IMG/VR virus record: IMGVR_UViG_3300044507_000046
Coordinates: 571 to 64,570 of that record
Source: a virus
Direction: 5' to 3' (one strand)
DNA length: 64,000 nucleotides
This document shows positions 1 through 9,894 of this stretch, in pieces (the first letter of the stretch is position 1; the number at the start of each line of letters is the position of its first letter). The notes beneath the pieces were generated by a model. It was not told the origin of the DNA, did not search any database, and worked only from the letters and a program-made list of their open reading frames with translations. The translations under genes and the position numbers were made by a program.

Positions 1-2
1 TT

Positions 3-221
3 CCCCATCTGGCCGGGGGCCTTGTGTGGTGGACCGTCTTCTTGCCGGCGGGGCTCGGCTGGTGGGCGGTGTATGCGGTCGGGGCCCTCGCAGCCTACCG
101 GCAGGAGATTCTGCGGGAACAAGACCCCCTCAACTTCCCGCTCTGGGCCATCTGTTGGGATGCGGTGGCGGATGCGGTGGCGGCGGCTGTCGCCACCTTG
201 CTCTGGAAAGTGACGCACTAG
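3..221 (+). CDS. Small hydrophobic membrane protein, 5'-truncated by the window edge
   Basis: Frame is open from position 3 (PHLAGGLVWWTVF...) to TAG at 221; hydrophobic stretches; stop lies 3 nt before the next ATG. Confidence 0.55.
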   Translation, partial: PHLAGGLVWWTVFLPAGLGWWAVYAVGALAAYRQEILREQDPLNFPLWAICWDAVADAVAAAVATLLWKVTH

Positions 222-224
222 GTC

Positions 225-3200
225 ATGGCTACCAAAGCACTCGACCGCGTGGAGGTCTGGGACAAGCGGCAAGCGGCCGGAGGCGTGGGTTTGTCCGCCT
301 TCCCGGCCCTCGCCAAAGCCACCCTCACCCAGCGGCTCGTGGGGGATGAGTCGGTGAGTGTGGTGGCGCTGCGCTCGACCCCGGGCTACAGTACGCTGCT
401 GGAGCGACGTATCCTGCGGACCGTCTATTTGGATGGCTCGTGGCAGGAATGGCCCATCCTTGGGCCATGGGAGGAGTCTACCACCGAGCAAGGAGCCTTG
501 CTGGCCGTCACCGGGGTGTCCTCGGCCTTGGAGTTGGCAGAGGCGGGGCCAATCTTCCGCACCGAAGCGGATGGCACCGTCAAATATGGCTTCGAGGGTT
601 TGGGGCTCACCGTCAGTGAGCACTTCAACAACTTCATCAATCCAACGCTCACTGCTGCCGGTATCAGCTATGTGCTGTTGGGGATGAACGTCTATGACAA
701 CCCCAACTTCGAGTTGGACATTGTCGGTCCCGTCACCAGTGCAGCGACGCTTGCCAGCAGCACGGCATTCCCGTGGATTGGAGCCCGAAGCCTTAAGGTC
801 ACCACCACCAATGCCATCAATTCCGGCGTGGGCTCCTTCCTCACTCGGAAGTCAGGGGGCGGTACCGGCATTTCAGTGGCAACATTGGTGCCCTATGTGT
901 TCTCCTGCTACGTGTACCAAACCTCCGGAGCCACCAAGACCCTAAAGCTCCAGATGGATTTCTACACGGCCGTGGCAGGTCTTGTCAACAGCGCCGCCCC
1001 GGTGACGGTGTCCATCCCTGATAGCACATGGACCCGGATTGTCATTCCCGGCACGCCCGCTGCCACGGCGGTGCTGGCTGTCCCGCGCCTGATGACGGAT
1101 GTAGCGGAGGGGGTGTTTGACTTCTATGTGGACGGGGTGCAGCTGGAGCCCGGCACGGTGCCCCGAGCCTTCGCGGGATTCAATGATGCCACGCTCGACA
1201 TCACCTACAATCGCACTACGCCGCTGGCGGCCTTCCGACGGATGGCCGAGCTGTTGGGCACCGAGTTCCAATACTTGCCCCTCGGCACTACCAACTATCT
1301 GGCCTGCCTCGGGCCAGTGAACACCGATCAGCCGGTGGTGCCCTTTGTGGCCCGCAAGAACATCAAGGCCATCAAGCGCACTCGTCGGGCCGATCAGCAG
1401 TGTGTGACGGTGTACCCATTCGGGCTGGAGCAGGATGGCATCCCGTCCACCATGGCCTTCGCGCTGTGGAAGGTCACCAATTTGTCGGGCTCGACCTTCC
1501 AACTGACGGACCCCAATGGAGGGGACAATGCGCTGGCCTTTGATAATCAATTCCTCAACATGTACATCCGGAAGGTGGACGGCTCCTTCACCCAGATCAC
1601 CGCCACCGTTGCCGCCACCCAACTCTTCACCGTGGCCAGTGCCGCCAGCATGGCCAACGGTGACTTGGTGCAACTGCGCCTGCTCAATACGCCTGCGCCC
1701 GACGGCACGCAACTGACCTATGTGAGTGCTCCGGCTGACCGGACCACCTATGGCGTCGCGTCGCGTGACCTCTACCGGCCCGACATTGTGGACACCGTCA
1801 ATCTGCAGCCCAACCCGGATGCGCGGTTGTGGAGTGCGGGGGTGCCGGTGTCGTGGGCCTCGGTCAAGACCCCGCTCATCACCCAGATCAGCACCAGCAA
1901 TCGGTGGCAGACGGGCGGGAGTTCGGCCTATGTGCAGACCACCGCTGAAGGGGAAGGGATTGAGACGGCATGGCTCCCCATCACTCCTTCCTCGAAGTTC
2001 CCCAGCTTCAGCGGACTCTCGACCTTCTGGCTGGATGGAACGGTGGGCCGGATGCGGGTGGAGATGGCCATCGGGAAGGCCACGGTCAGCATCAGCGGGA
2101 CGCCCACCAAGGTCTGGGACAGCACCAATCTGATTGCGACGGTGACGGTCAGCGCCACGGCGCACGGGTTGGTGACGGGCGACATGGCCGAGATCACCGG
2201 CCTCACCCCCGTTCTCCTCAATGGTATCTTCCAGATCACCAAGGTGGATGCCAACACCTTCACCTATTTCGTCTACAGCGACCCCGGCACCATCACCACC
2301 AGCAGCCCGACAGTACGCTGGACGCAGGTGTGGCCCGACGGCACCAATGCGCTGGCCTTCTCCTCCGCTACCAATGCGTGGACCACCCTGAATGTCAATG
2401 GGATTGACTGCTTGGCGCCGGGCGCCACCTTCCTGAAGATGCGGATTGTGCAGGATGGCGCCGGCACTACGGCCACCGTCACCATCAGCAACAGCGGCAC
2501 CACGGCCACGGTGACGCATACCGCGCATGGCCGCAACTCGGGGGACCGGGCGCTGATTGCCGGGGCCAGCCTGAGCGCCAACAATGGTGTCTTCACCATC
2601 ACCTCGACCGGCGCCAACACCTACACCTACACCATGGGCTCCAGCCCGGGCTCCAGCCCGACCGGGACCATCACGGCAACCTTCGGCACCAATGTCTATG
2701 TGGATGCCTTCCAGATCACCCAGACTCCGAGTGCTAAGCCCTTCATGGTGGGCTCCGGCGGTACTCGACTCCATCAGGTCGGGAATCGGGCCTTGCTCAC
2801 GGGCTCGAAGCCCGGGGTGAAGTATGAGATCAGCGTGGTGGATTTGGGCCGGTTGGATCCGGCGCGGGCCGCGCTCGAAACCCTCCAGCTCGGGGCCTAT
2901 GTGTCGGTGGTGGATGAGGAATGGCCGGTGGCGGCCACCACCCGGGTGTTGGAGCTGACCCGCAACCTCCTCATTGACACCGATACTACCATCACCCTGT
3001 CGGACCTGCCGGAAGATGTCACCGACATCATCTTGGGCCGGTTGCCGCCGTCGCGGGTGGCGCCGTCGCTCGGGGCGGTGCTGGACTTGATTGTCAATAT
3101 CTCCTTTGCCAAGGTGACCAATTCCCCGAATCAGGTGACGGCCCGGCTCACTGCCGCGCCGCAGGGCGCCAGTATCTACTGGTGGCGCGGGACGGCCGGG

Positions 3201-4115
3201 GAATCGCCACCGCGCATGGGGCAGATTGTGGCGGGGGCTGCCCCGGACCCGACGCATTGGGCCCTCTACAGCACCCCGTTCACCGTAGACCAGAATGTCA
3301 CGGCCGATGTCCAGATTCATGCCTATGCTGTCGCGGCCAACCGCTACTCCCGGGTGTTCACCTGGAAGGTGGAGGCGAGCCCGAAGGCAGCGGTGACCGC
3401 CACCATCTCCCAGATCACCTCCCCGGCCAACGGGATGAAGGTGGCATGGGTGCCCAACAACAACACCGGATGGGTCAGCGTCTATACCAAGCGCAATCCA
3501 ACCACGGTGTCATGGCCCACCCTCGACACCACCAGCACCGGGGCTCCGGACAAGACCTACTTCCGGGGCACCTACCCGGTAGACAGTTTGGTGCTGGGCT
3601 GGGACTCGGCCGGGAATCCGATCTACAGCGCCCTGCTCTATCAGGACACCACCGCGTATCCGTGGGCCAACAATGATGTGTTTGCGGCGGTGTTGATTCC
3701 CATTGACCGGAATCTCAACCCGGGAACGCAGCTGGCCCTGCAGGGGACGTATGTCACCACCCCGCCCGGCAGCATCGTGACCTTCACCATGGGCACTACC
3801 ACCTTTGGCAGCTGCGCCGTCGGCACCTCGCAAGTGCTGAACTGGACTACGGCTAATGCGGCGGATGGCACCCATGATGCGAAAATCTATGTCCAGACCA
3901 ATGGAGGCAGCTGGCTATTGGACGGGACGGTGACCACCCCCGTCTCAACCCCCACCTACACCGTGCCCACCTCCACCTTGTTGGGCAAGACCAGCGGGAA
4001 GTTTGACCCGAATGTCACCTATGCCTTCAAAATCGAGCTGATTCTGTCCTCGGGCCCGACGGTGCAAGACACTGACACCGTGGGCTCCTTGGTGTATAAA
4101 TCCAACTGTCCATAA
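225..4115 (+). CDS. Tail tip / central tail (hub-spike) protein with inserted carbohydrate-binding-like beta domains
   Basis: 1296 aa, Thr/Gly/Ser/Val-rich; hub-like segments (KNIKAIKR..., YEISVVDLGRLDP...LQLGAYVSVVD...TRVLELTRNL); CBM-like NPNFE...YVDGVQLE; follows Dit/fibre genes in circular order. Confidence 0.75.
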   Translation: MATKALDRVEVWDKRQAAGGVGLSAFPALAKATLTQRLVGDESVSVVALRSTPGYSTLLERRILRTVYLDGSWQEWPILGPWEESTTEQGALLAVTGVSSALELAEAGPIFRTEADGTVKYGFEGLGLTVSEHFNNFINPTLTAAGISYVLLGMNVYDNPNFELDIVGPVTSAATLASSTAFPWIGARSLKVTTTNAINSGVGSFLTRKSGGGTGISVATLVPYVFSCYVYQTSGATKTLKLQMDFYTAVAGLVNSAAPVTVSIPDSTWTRIVIPGTPAATAVLAVPRLMTDVAEGVFDFYVDGVQLEPGTVPRAFAGFNDATLDITYNRTTPLAAFRRMAELLGTEFQYLPLGTTNYLACLGPVNTDQPVVPFVARKNIKAIKRTRRADQQCVTVYPFGLEQDGIPSTMAFALWKVTNLSGSTFQLTDPNGGDNALAFDNQFLNMYIRKVDGSFTQITATVAATQLFTVASAASMANGDLVQLRLLNTPAPDGTQLTYVSAPADRTTYGVASRDLYRPDIVDTVNLQPNPDARLWSAGVPVSWASVKTPLITQISTSNRWQTGGSSAYVQTTAEGEGIETAWLPITPSSKFPSFSGLSTFWLDGTVGRMRVEMAIGKATVSISGTPTKVWDSTNLIATVTVSATAHGLVTGDMAEITGLTPVLLNGIFQITKVDANTFTYFVYSDPGTITTSSPTVRWTQVWPDGTNALAFSSATNAWTTLNVNGIDCLAPGATFLKMRIVQDGAGTTATVTISNSGTTATVTHTAHGRNSGDRALIAGASLSANNGVFTITSTGANTYTYTMGSSPGSSPTGTITATFGTNVYVDAFQITQTPSAKPFMVGSGGTRLHQVGNRALLTGSKPGVKYEISVVDLGRLDPARAALETLQLGAYVSVVDEEWPVAATTRVLELTRNLLIDTDTTITLSDLPEDVTDIILGRLPPSRVAPSLGAVLDLIVNISFAKVTNSPNQVTARLTAAPQGASIYWWRGTAGESPPRMGQIVAGAAPDPTHWALYSTPFTVDQNVTADVQIHAYAVAANRYSRVFTWKVEASPKAAVTATISQITSPANGMKVAWVPNNNTGWVSVYTKRNPTTVSWPTLDTTSTGAPDKTYFRGTYPVDSLVLGWDSAGNPIYSALLYQDTTAYPWANNDVFAAVLIPIDRNLNPGTQLALQGTYVTTPPGSIVTFTMGTTTFGSCAVGTSQVLNWTTANAADGTHDAKIYVQTNGGSWLLDGTVTTPVSTPTYTVPTSTLLGKTSGKFDPNVTYAFKIELILSSGPTVQDTDTVGSLVYKSNCP

Positions 4116-4172
4116 AGGTGGGATTTCGCAGGGTCAGTTATATTTCGTTCATCGCCTTTCTTGGGACGCATC

Positions 4173-4676
4173 ATGAATCGTAGCTCTGAACCCCGTCGGG
4201 ACGGAGGCAATCGCCGCATGAGCGATGAAGCCCAAGAAATGGCGCGGGACGCTGATGCCGTCAAGCGCACCGTTGGCATTGTGGCCGAGCTGTTCAGCAA
4301 GCGGGCGCTGATGTATGCACTGCTCTTCATGACCCTGTCCGGGGGCAGTAGCTACCTGTCTGCCCGGAAGGGCAATGCGGATGCGGTGGCAGTGCTGGAC
4401 ACCAACATGACCCGGTTGGTCCACGGCTATGCGCACCGGATTGATTCGGTCAATGCGGCGATGCAATCCGAGGTGGATTCCATTGAGCAGGTGGAGGATG
4501 AGCGGTATGTCATCACTCGGGCCATCGGGGTCCGGATGTGCCTGAAGGAGACCACCGATTTCATCAACTACACTGGCCTTCCGTGCGACCACCTGTTGCA
4601 AGGCCTTGGGCCCCGGCCGCGTGGACGGGCTCCCCGTTCTCCGCTCTCCGGGGGCAGTGGCGGGGTAATGCCATGA
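4173..4676 (+). CDS. Membrane-anchored protein of the lysis region
   Basis: One hydrophobic helix (ALMYALLFMTLSGG) followed by a coiled-coil-like segment; start uncertain (4161/4173/4218). Confidence 0.55.
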   Translation: MNRSSEPRRDGGNRRMSDEAQEMARDADAVKRTVGIVAELFSKRALMYALLFMTLSGGSSYLSARKGNADAVAVLDTNMTRLVHGYAHRIDSVNAAMQSEVDSIEQVEDERYVITRAIGVRMCLKETTDFINYTGLPCDHLLQGLGPRPRGRAPRSPLSGGSGGVMP

Positions 4677-5005
4677 GTGAGGCCCCGTGGTGGAAGTGGA
4701 AGCCGCTCGACCCGTCATGGCTCAATCAACTCAACACCCCCACCTACAAGACGGTGTGGGCGGTGTGGTGCTGCATCGGGACGTTCATGGTCTGGGGGGC
4801 CTGCACCTTGTTTGAGGTCCACGTGGAAGAAGTGGCCTTTGGGCTGTGGCTCGGCTTCCTCGCGGCATGGATGGGCATCAACTACAAGACCTATGCCACC
4901 ACTCGGGACACTGACTACGGGGCGCTGGAGCGCAAGGCCGACATTGAACGGGCCAAGGCCGGGCTGCCGGCAGGCCCCACTGCCGAAATGCCGGTGGCGA
5001 AATGA
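4673..5005 (+). CDS. Putative holin-like protein (2 TM)
   Basis: ATGA overlap with the previous stop; two hydrophobic helices; directly upstream of the endolysin. Confidence 0.55.
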   Translation: MSEAPWWKWKPLDPSWLNQLNTPTYKTVWAVWCCIGTFMVWGACTLFEVHVEEVAFGLWLGFLAAWMGINYKTYATTRDTDYGALERKADIERAKAGLPAGPTAEMPVAK

Positions 5006-5502
5006 GCGGCATGGCCCCGTGGCTCCCGATCAATCATCCGTGTCGCAATCTGGTGGAGACGGCCATTGCCGCCATCGGGATTTGCGAGGAGCCCCCGGGC
5101 TCGAATCGCGGCCCGCAGGTAGACCAGTACAACCGGGATGCCGGAGTGCCGGATGCCTCTTATTGGTGTGCCGCCGCAGTGGGGGCATGGTACCGGACCG
5201 TGCAGCTCCCGGTGCCCATCGGGTATGCCAGCTGCGAAAACTGGCACCGGTGGGCGAAGCAGACGGGCCGCTGGAGCGACTATCCGGCCGTGGGGGCAGC
5301 GGTGCTGTATGGCAAGGAAGGGGTGGCCCATCACATCGGGCTGATCATTCGGACGGTGCCGCTCATTCTCTCGGTGGAGGGCAATACCACCATTGAAGGC
5401 GCAGCCTTCGCGGCGGCCCGGAACGGGGTGGGGGTGTCCCTGAAGGAAATCACCCCGCAGGATGCGGTGCTCGGGTATGTTCTCCCCAATCGAGGAACCT
5501 GA
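5002..5502 (+). CDS. CHAP-domain endolysin
   Basis: EEPPGSNRGPQVDQY, YWCAAAV (catalytic Cys), HHIGLI (His) and SVEGNT motifs typical of CHAP amidases. Confidence 0.85.
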   Translation: MSGMAPWLPINHPCRNLVETAIAAIGICEEPPGSNRGPQVDQYNRDAGVPDASYWCAAAVGAWYRTVQLPVPIGYASCENWHRWAKQTGRWSDYPAVGAAVLYGKEGVAHHIGLIIRTVPLILSVEGNTTIEGAAFAAARNGVGVSLKEITPQDAVLGYVLPNRGT

Positions 5503-5505
5503 CCT

Positions 5506-5781
5506 ATGACGGACGTGATTGCCATCCTCAAGCTGATGATGCCCACCCTGCTCCCGCTGCTGGTCAGCGCGATCACGTGGGTGCTCAACACGTATTGGAC
5601 CTGGATGGCGAAGCTCAACAACACGCTGAAGCAGGTGCTCATCGTCGTGGTCCCGACGGCCATCCTGTACGGGCTGCAGAAGCTCGGGCTGGATGTCAGT
5701 TCGGTGCAGGGCTTCGCCAGCAGTCTGGTGGCCCTCGGCATCTACCAACTCGGCAAGAACAAGGGCGCGGCGAAACCGTAG
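5506..5781 (+). CDS. Putative holin
   Basis: 91 aa, 2-3 hydrophobic helices, basic C-terminus, directly after the endolysin. Confidence 0.65.
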   Translation: MTDVIAILKLMMPTLLPLLVSAITWVLNTYWTWMAKLNNTLKQVLIVVVPTAILYGLQKLGLDVSSVQGFASSLVALGIYQLGKNKGAAKP

Positions 5782-6363
5782 ATGGCCACGGTGCGGTGGA
5801 TTGTCCTCGGCATCCTTCTCGCGCTGTTTGCGTGGGCCGTCCACCGTACCCAAGTCTGGGAACATCGGGTCACTGAGGTGCTGGCCATTGACAGCGCAGA
5901 CAAAGTCGTCATTGCCCAGCAATCCCTCCGGATTGCCCAGCTGACGCGGTTGCTGAGCCATCGCGACACGGTGTGGCGGGTCCGGGTCAAAGTCTTGCGG
6001 GACTCGTTGCCGGTGGTGCTGGGGTCCGGGGATTCCTCCTGTGCCCCGCTCCGGGACTGGGCCACCCGGTGCGCGGCCGAGCTGGACAGTGCTGGCACGG
6101 TTGCGGACGGCTGGCATGCGGTAGCCGACAGCAATGCGGTCATTGCCCGGGAAGAAACGGCCCGGGCAGATTCCCTCCGGCGAGTGCTGACGGAGCGAGT
6201 GCCAGTGCCGGTGCCGGGATGGGATGCGAAGAAGCTGTTGGGATTTCTCCCGCTGCCGGATGCGTGTGTGGCGGGCGTGGGGCCCGGGCTGTCCTTTGCC
6301 GGCAAGGGCTATGTGGGGGCCCAATTCACCTGTGGCTGGACCGTGTTTGGTCACCATCACTGA
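5782..6363 (+). CDS. Rz/i-spanin-like membrane-anchored coiled-coil protein
   Basis: N-terminal TM helix followed by helical segments; lies in the lysis cassette. Confidence 0.5.
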   Translation: MATVRWIVLGILLALFAWAVHRTQVWEHRVTEVLAIDSADKVVIAQQSLRIAQLTRLLSHRDTVWRVRVKVLRDSLPVVLGSGDSSCAPLRDWATRCAAELDSAGTVADGWHAVADSNAVIAREETARADSLRRVLTERVPVPVPGWDAKKLLGFLPLPDACVAGVGPGLSFAGKGYVGAQFTCGWTVFGHHH

Positions 6364-6375
6364 GGAGCGCACTAT

Positions 6376-7188
6376 ATGAGACGATTCACTGGATGGCTCG
6401 TGGCCCTGACAATGCTGATGCTGCTGCCGCTGGCCAGCTGCAAGCCCGACCCGGCGTGGGCCGCCACGAAGATTCGACTGGATGCCCCCGTGCTGACGGC
6501 CGCCGGGGACACCGTCTATCTCACGCCGCGCTGGACAGCGGGCGTCGTGGCGGATGCGCAGGGCCCCGTCACCGGCTTCCGCATCACTGCGACGCGCAAC
6601 GTCCCGGCCCCGGTGCTGACGGTCACGCTCGATGTGACGGGGGGCACAGCCACGCAGGGCAAGATTGCCGTACCCGTGGCCCTTATGCCCGGGGGCACGG
6701 CCACCGGCACCATTTGCGTCGCCTCCATTCGCAACACCGTGACCTCCGCCTGCGCCCCTTCTCCGGCACTGGCCTGGTCGAAGACCTACCCGGTCCTGAT
6801 GCCGCCACCGCCGCTGAATGTGACGCTCGACACCAGCGGGGTCCAGATTTCGGCCGTCCCGGCAAGTGATACGATGTTCGTCATGTTCCAGCTGACGCGG
6901 GCCAATGCGCTCACGCTGCTCAATGCGCCGGGCTGCGCGGTCTGGAACCAGACCACGTGCGCCCTCTCGCTCGCTGCCGCCTTCCCGACCGGCGCCAAGA
7001 GTGTCCTACGAACCGGCTGCGGCTGGTTCATTCCGGGGACTCCGGCCACCTACGCGGCAGTCCAGAATCCCCCGAGCACGGACCCGGCCACCCGCTGGAT
7101 GGATTGTCGGGGACTCGCCAAACAGATTGGCTACGCCGGGCCGATGGACAGTACGCTCGCGCAGATTGCCTTCACGATGACGCACTAG
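6376..7188 (+). CDS. Lipoprotein of unknown function
   Basis: GAGGAG RBS; signal peptide MRRFTGWLVALTMLMLLPLASC with LASC lipobox. Confidence 0.65.
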   Translation: MRRFTGWLVALTMLMLLPLASCKPDPAWAATKIRLDAPVLTAAGDTVYLTPRWTAGVVADAQGPVTGFRITATRNVPAPVLTVTLDVTGGTATQGKIAVPVALMPGGTATGTICVASIRNTVTSACAPSPALAWSKTYPVLMPPPPLNVTLDTSGVQISAVPASDTMFVMFQLTRANALTLLNAPGCAVWNQTTCALSLAAAFPTGAKSVLRTGCGWFIPGTPATYAAVQNPPSTDPATRWMDCRGLAKQIGYAGPMDSTLAQIAFTMTH

Positions 7189-7269
7189 TTCGCCTGTTCC
7201 AAGTCAGCTGTGGTGCTGGGCCGGGCGGTGGGTCGCTCGGCCACCGGGCCACTCCCCTGAGGAGGATGT

Positions 7270-7389
7270 ATGAAAAAGCGCCTGAAGCCAAAGCCTGTAA
7301 AGAAGGGCAAGCTGCGTCCGTGGGAGCGGGCTACTAAACCCGCTCCGGCGAACGCCAAGATGCGCCTCCAAGGCCCGGGCTGTCGATAG
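7270..7389 (+). CDS. Small basic protein (39 aa, MKKRLKPKPVKKGKLRPW...), not in the ORF track
   Basis: GAGGAGG upstream; stop TAG lies 1 nt before the next ATG. Confidence 0.4.
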   Translation: MKKRLKPKPVKKGKLRPWERATKPAPANAKMRLQGPGCR

Positions 7390-7390
7390 C

Positions 7391-7582
7391 ATGGAGGAGT
7401 ATCTGGAGGAACTGGCTCAAGCGGCGCGTGACCCCGTTATGCGGGAGCGGCAGCGCCAGTACTTTGCGCAGCTGGCCGCCGAGCATCCGCCCCGGCGGCG
7501 GCGCAAGACACGCCCATGGTCGGTTGCCGAACGCATCCGCGTCGCCGCCATGATCACTCACTCTCATGCCCGGAAGGCATAG
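7391..7582 (+). CDS. Hypothetical protein
   Basis: Tiles between neighbouring + strand genes. Confidence 0.45.
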   Translation: MEEYLEELAQAARDPVMRERQRQYFAQLAAEHPPRRRRKTRPWSVAERIRVAAMITHSHARKA

Positions 7583-7591
7583 GGCATCCCG

Positions 7592-7945
7592 ATGAAGACA
7601 CTCACCATCCCTGCCCGCACCATTGCGGCCGGGGTTCAGACCATGGGGCCGGTGTCCCCAAACCAACCGTGGACGCGGGTGGCGGTTGTGCTTGACATTG
7701 CGAATGTCACTCCGGCACACCCACTCATCATCGGGGTGGATTGGTCCCATGATGGAGGAGTGACATGGGAACTGTTGGTGCGCCTGACGGTGGTCGGGCC
7801 GAGTCGGGACAAGCAGGGTGTGCTTCAACCCAATCTTGTCTTTGACTTCAGTCTCCCCGATCCATTTGCGGATCGTGCCTTTCGATTCTACACCGAGAGT
7901 GATGTGGCATTCGTGACGGCAGGCGGAAGCGTGGTGATCACATGA
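7592..7945 (+). CDS. Small beta-rich putative virion protein
   Basis: WSHDGGVTW Asp-box-like motif; overlaps the next start (ATGA). Confidence 0.6.
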   Translation: MKTLTIPARTIAAGVQTMGPVSPNQPWTRVAVVLDIANVTPAHPLIIGVDWSHDGGVTWELLVRLTVVGPSRDKQGVLQPNLVFDFSLPDPFADRAFRFYTESDVAFVTAGGSVVIT

Positions 7946-8727
7946 CGTGGGCGGTGTCGGCCTGCGGGGTGGTCCATACGGCCTCTGGCCTTGTGACCCA
8001 ACTCCAGATTGTCAGTAGCCTCTCCTTTGCAGCAGGGGATACGGCACTCATCGCAGTCACGCAGGATCGGACCTCTGGCGCCGAAAAGTGCTCGGTCACC
8101 GATTCCTTGAGCACCCCGTACAGTGTCCCCTCCGGGGTGATTGCGGATGACGCAATAAATGGACAAGCATTGTCGCTTGCCGGGGGCATTGTCGCCAGCG
8201 CGGGCACCCCTACAGTGACGGTGAAGTGGAATCCAACACCGGGCACCACCACAGCAGCCTTTATCACCATGAATCTGTGTAAGGCTACAGGCTCCGATGC
8301 GTCCAGTGTGCTGAACGGGGCCGGGGCCGGGGCCTTGATTGGGTCACCGGGGGCCGGGACTACGGACGGGGTGACCTCTAATGCATTCACCACCACGGTG
8401 GATGGCTGTCTGATCTTCGCAGCGAGTGTGCCGAGTTACGCAGTCAATACCACTGATCTGACGGCAGGCTCCGGATTCACCTTGGCGCAAGTGGGCGGAC
8501 AAGTGGATGTGGTCTGCTACACTGAGTATAAAACGCAAACGACGCAGGGCTCGGTGGCGGGGACATTCACCTCAAGTGTGAACAATGCCCACATCACGGT
8601 GGTATTGGCCGTGACCCCCGCCGCCGGGGGCGGCGGCAGTGGCGGCCCGCCCCTTGACCCCGAGGATGTCTTTCAGATGATGATGCCGGCTCCGTGGGTG
8701 GCTGCGCCCTTGCGAGTGAGTCTCTGA
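7942..8727 (+). CDS. Putative virion fibre/decoration protein
   Basis: Thr/Gly/Ala/Ser-rich beta protein with a Gly linker before a short C-terminal tail. Confidence 0.6.
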   Translation: MTWAVSACGVVHTASGLVTQLQIVSSLSFAAGDTALIAVTQDRTSGAEKCSVTDSLSTPYSVPSGVIADDAINGQALSLAGGIVASAGTPTVTVKWNPTPGTTTAAFITMNLCKATGSDASSVLNGAGAGALIGSPGAGTTDGVTSNAFTTTVDGCLIFAASVPSYAVNTTDLTAGSGFTLAQVGGQVDVVCYTEYKTQTTQGSVAGTFTSSVNNAHITVVLAVTPAAGGGGSGGPPLDPEDVFQMMMPAPWVAAPLRVSL

Positions 8728-9479
8728 TGTTGATGACCTCGGGGCCCGTGCGAACGGCGGCGACGGCGGTGCCGGACAATGCCTTCACGGGGCATGCGTG
8801 GACCACCAGCTTTCCATTGCCAGAGGTGGTGGTCTCGGAGGCCGATCAGACCAACCGGGCCGGAGTCTGGACCACGGGCCTGCGGGACGGGTTGGATTGG
8901 TCTGGGGTATCCTCCAATGGCCTGATGGCCTATGGCCGGCAACAGCTCGACAATGCGGCCGACTTCAGTGACGGCACCGCCATCCTCAAAGGGGACTGGA
9001 GCCCGGACCAAACCGTAGAAGTCACAGTGCGGATTCCCGGGGCCCTGCCGCCGGACACCTACTTCGCAGAAATCGAGATGCGGTTGCGGAGCCTGATCAC
9101 GCCACATTGGAACTCCGGGTATGAAATCCTGTTCAGCGTGAATGTCACGGCCGCCAGCGCCTATTGCTCGATGGTGCGGTGGAAGGGGCCATTTGGGAGC
9201 TGGAACTACATGAATGCCAGCGGCACCTTCGGGGGCCCCACCGTCCAGCTGGCGGACGGAGATGTGCTGCGGGCCTCGATCTTCGGGAATACCATGCAAG
9301 CATGGAAGAACAACACCTCCTTGATGATTGCGGACATCACTGATTTGAGTGCGCCAGTGAACGGAGGGCCCATCTGGACCTCCGGGAATCCCGGGTTGGG
9401 GTTCAATTTGTCGCCTGCCGGGGCCAACCACAATCAGGATTACGGGGTGTCTCACTTTGTGGCCCGGGAGGGATTGTGA
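8727..9479 (+). CDS. Lectin/ConA-like beta-sandwich putative virion protein
   Basis: Aromatic-rich beta pattern ending ...DGDVLRASIFGNTMQAWKN...SGNPGLGF; TGATG coupling to the previous gene. Confidence 0.55.
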   Translation: MLMTSGPVRTAATAVPDNAFTGHAWTTSFPLPEVVVSEADQTNRAGVWTTGLRDGLDWSGVSSNGLMAYGRQQLDNAADFSDGTAILKGDWSPDQTVEVTVRIPGALPPDTYFAEIEMRLRSLITPHWNSGYEILFSVNVTAASAYCSMVRWKGPFGSWNYMNASGTFGGPTVQLADGDVLRASIFGNTMQAWKNNTSLMIADITDLSAPVNGGPIWTSGNPGLGFNLSPAGANHNQDYGVSHFVAREGL

Positions 9480-9892
9480 CCTTGACATCTAACCCGTTGC
9501 TGGGACACTCGGAGCCGGTGGCCCCGAGCCGTGACCCGTTGCGGGATGAAGTGATGCCCGATAGCCGGGCCCGGACGGACCGGGGCGCGGTGATGCGACA
9601 TGGAATGGAATGGCGGCCCGTCTACTGCGCCAACTGCGGGGTGGATGGCGGGGTGGTGCCGGTGACGACTACGGCGGTTTGTTATCTCTGTGATAAGTGT
9701 TTCGAGACGCATGGCGTGCCCCTCGGCACCATGGTCACTAGCGATGAAGTCTTCTGGGCGAAGGTTCATCGAGAAATGATAGATCAGTATGGACGCCAGC
9801 TCACGGCAGCCGAGCTGGACACTGTGAAGACGGCCAATTGCTCCCCGTTGGCTGCTCTTATCCGTGAGGGAGCACGACTCAACAGGAGCTAA
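9476..9892 (+). CDS. Zn-finger-containing hypothetical protein
   Basis: CANC and CDKC pairs. Confidence 0.55.
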   Translation: MTLTSNPLLGHSEPVAPSRDPLRDEVMPDSRARTDRGAVMRHGMEWRPVYCANCGVDGGVVPVTTTAVCYLCDKCFETHGVPLGTMVTSDEVFWAKVHREMIDQYGRQLTAAELDTVKTANCSPLAALIREGARLNRS

Positions 9893-9894
9893 CC

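Noticed and set aside
942..3320. 792-aa minus-strand ORF and other long antisense ORFs (4915-6372, 14024-15466, 25477-27135, 49257-50546, 51894-53198, 56535-57839)
   Set aside because: Each mirrors a well-supported + strand gene and has low-information Arg/Gly/His-rich translation
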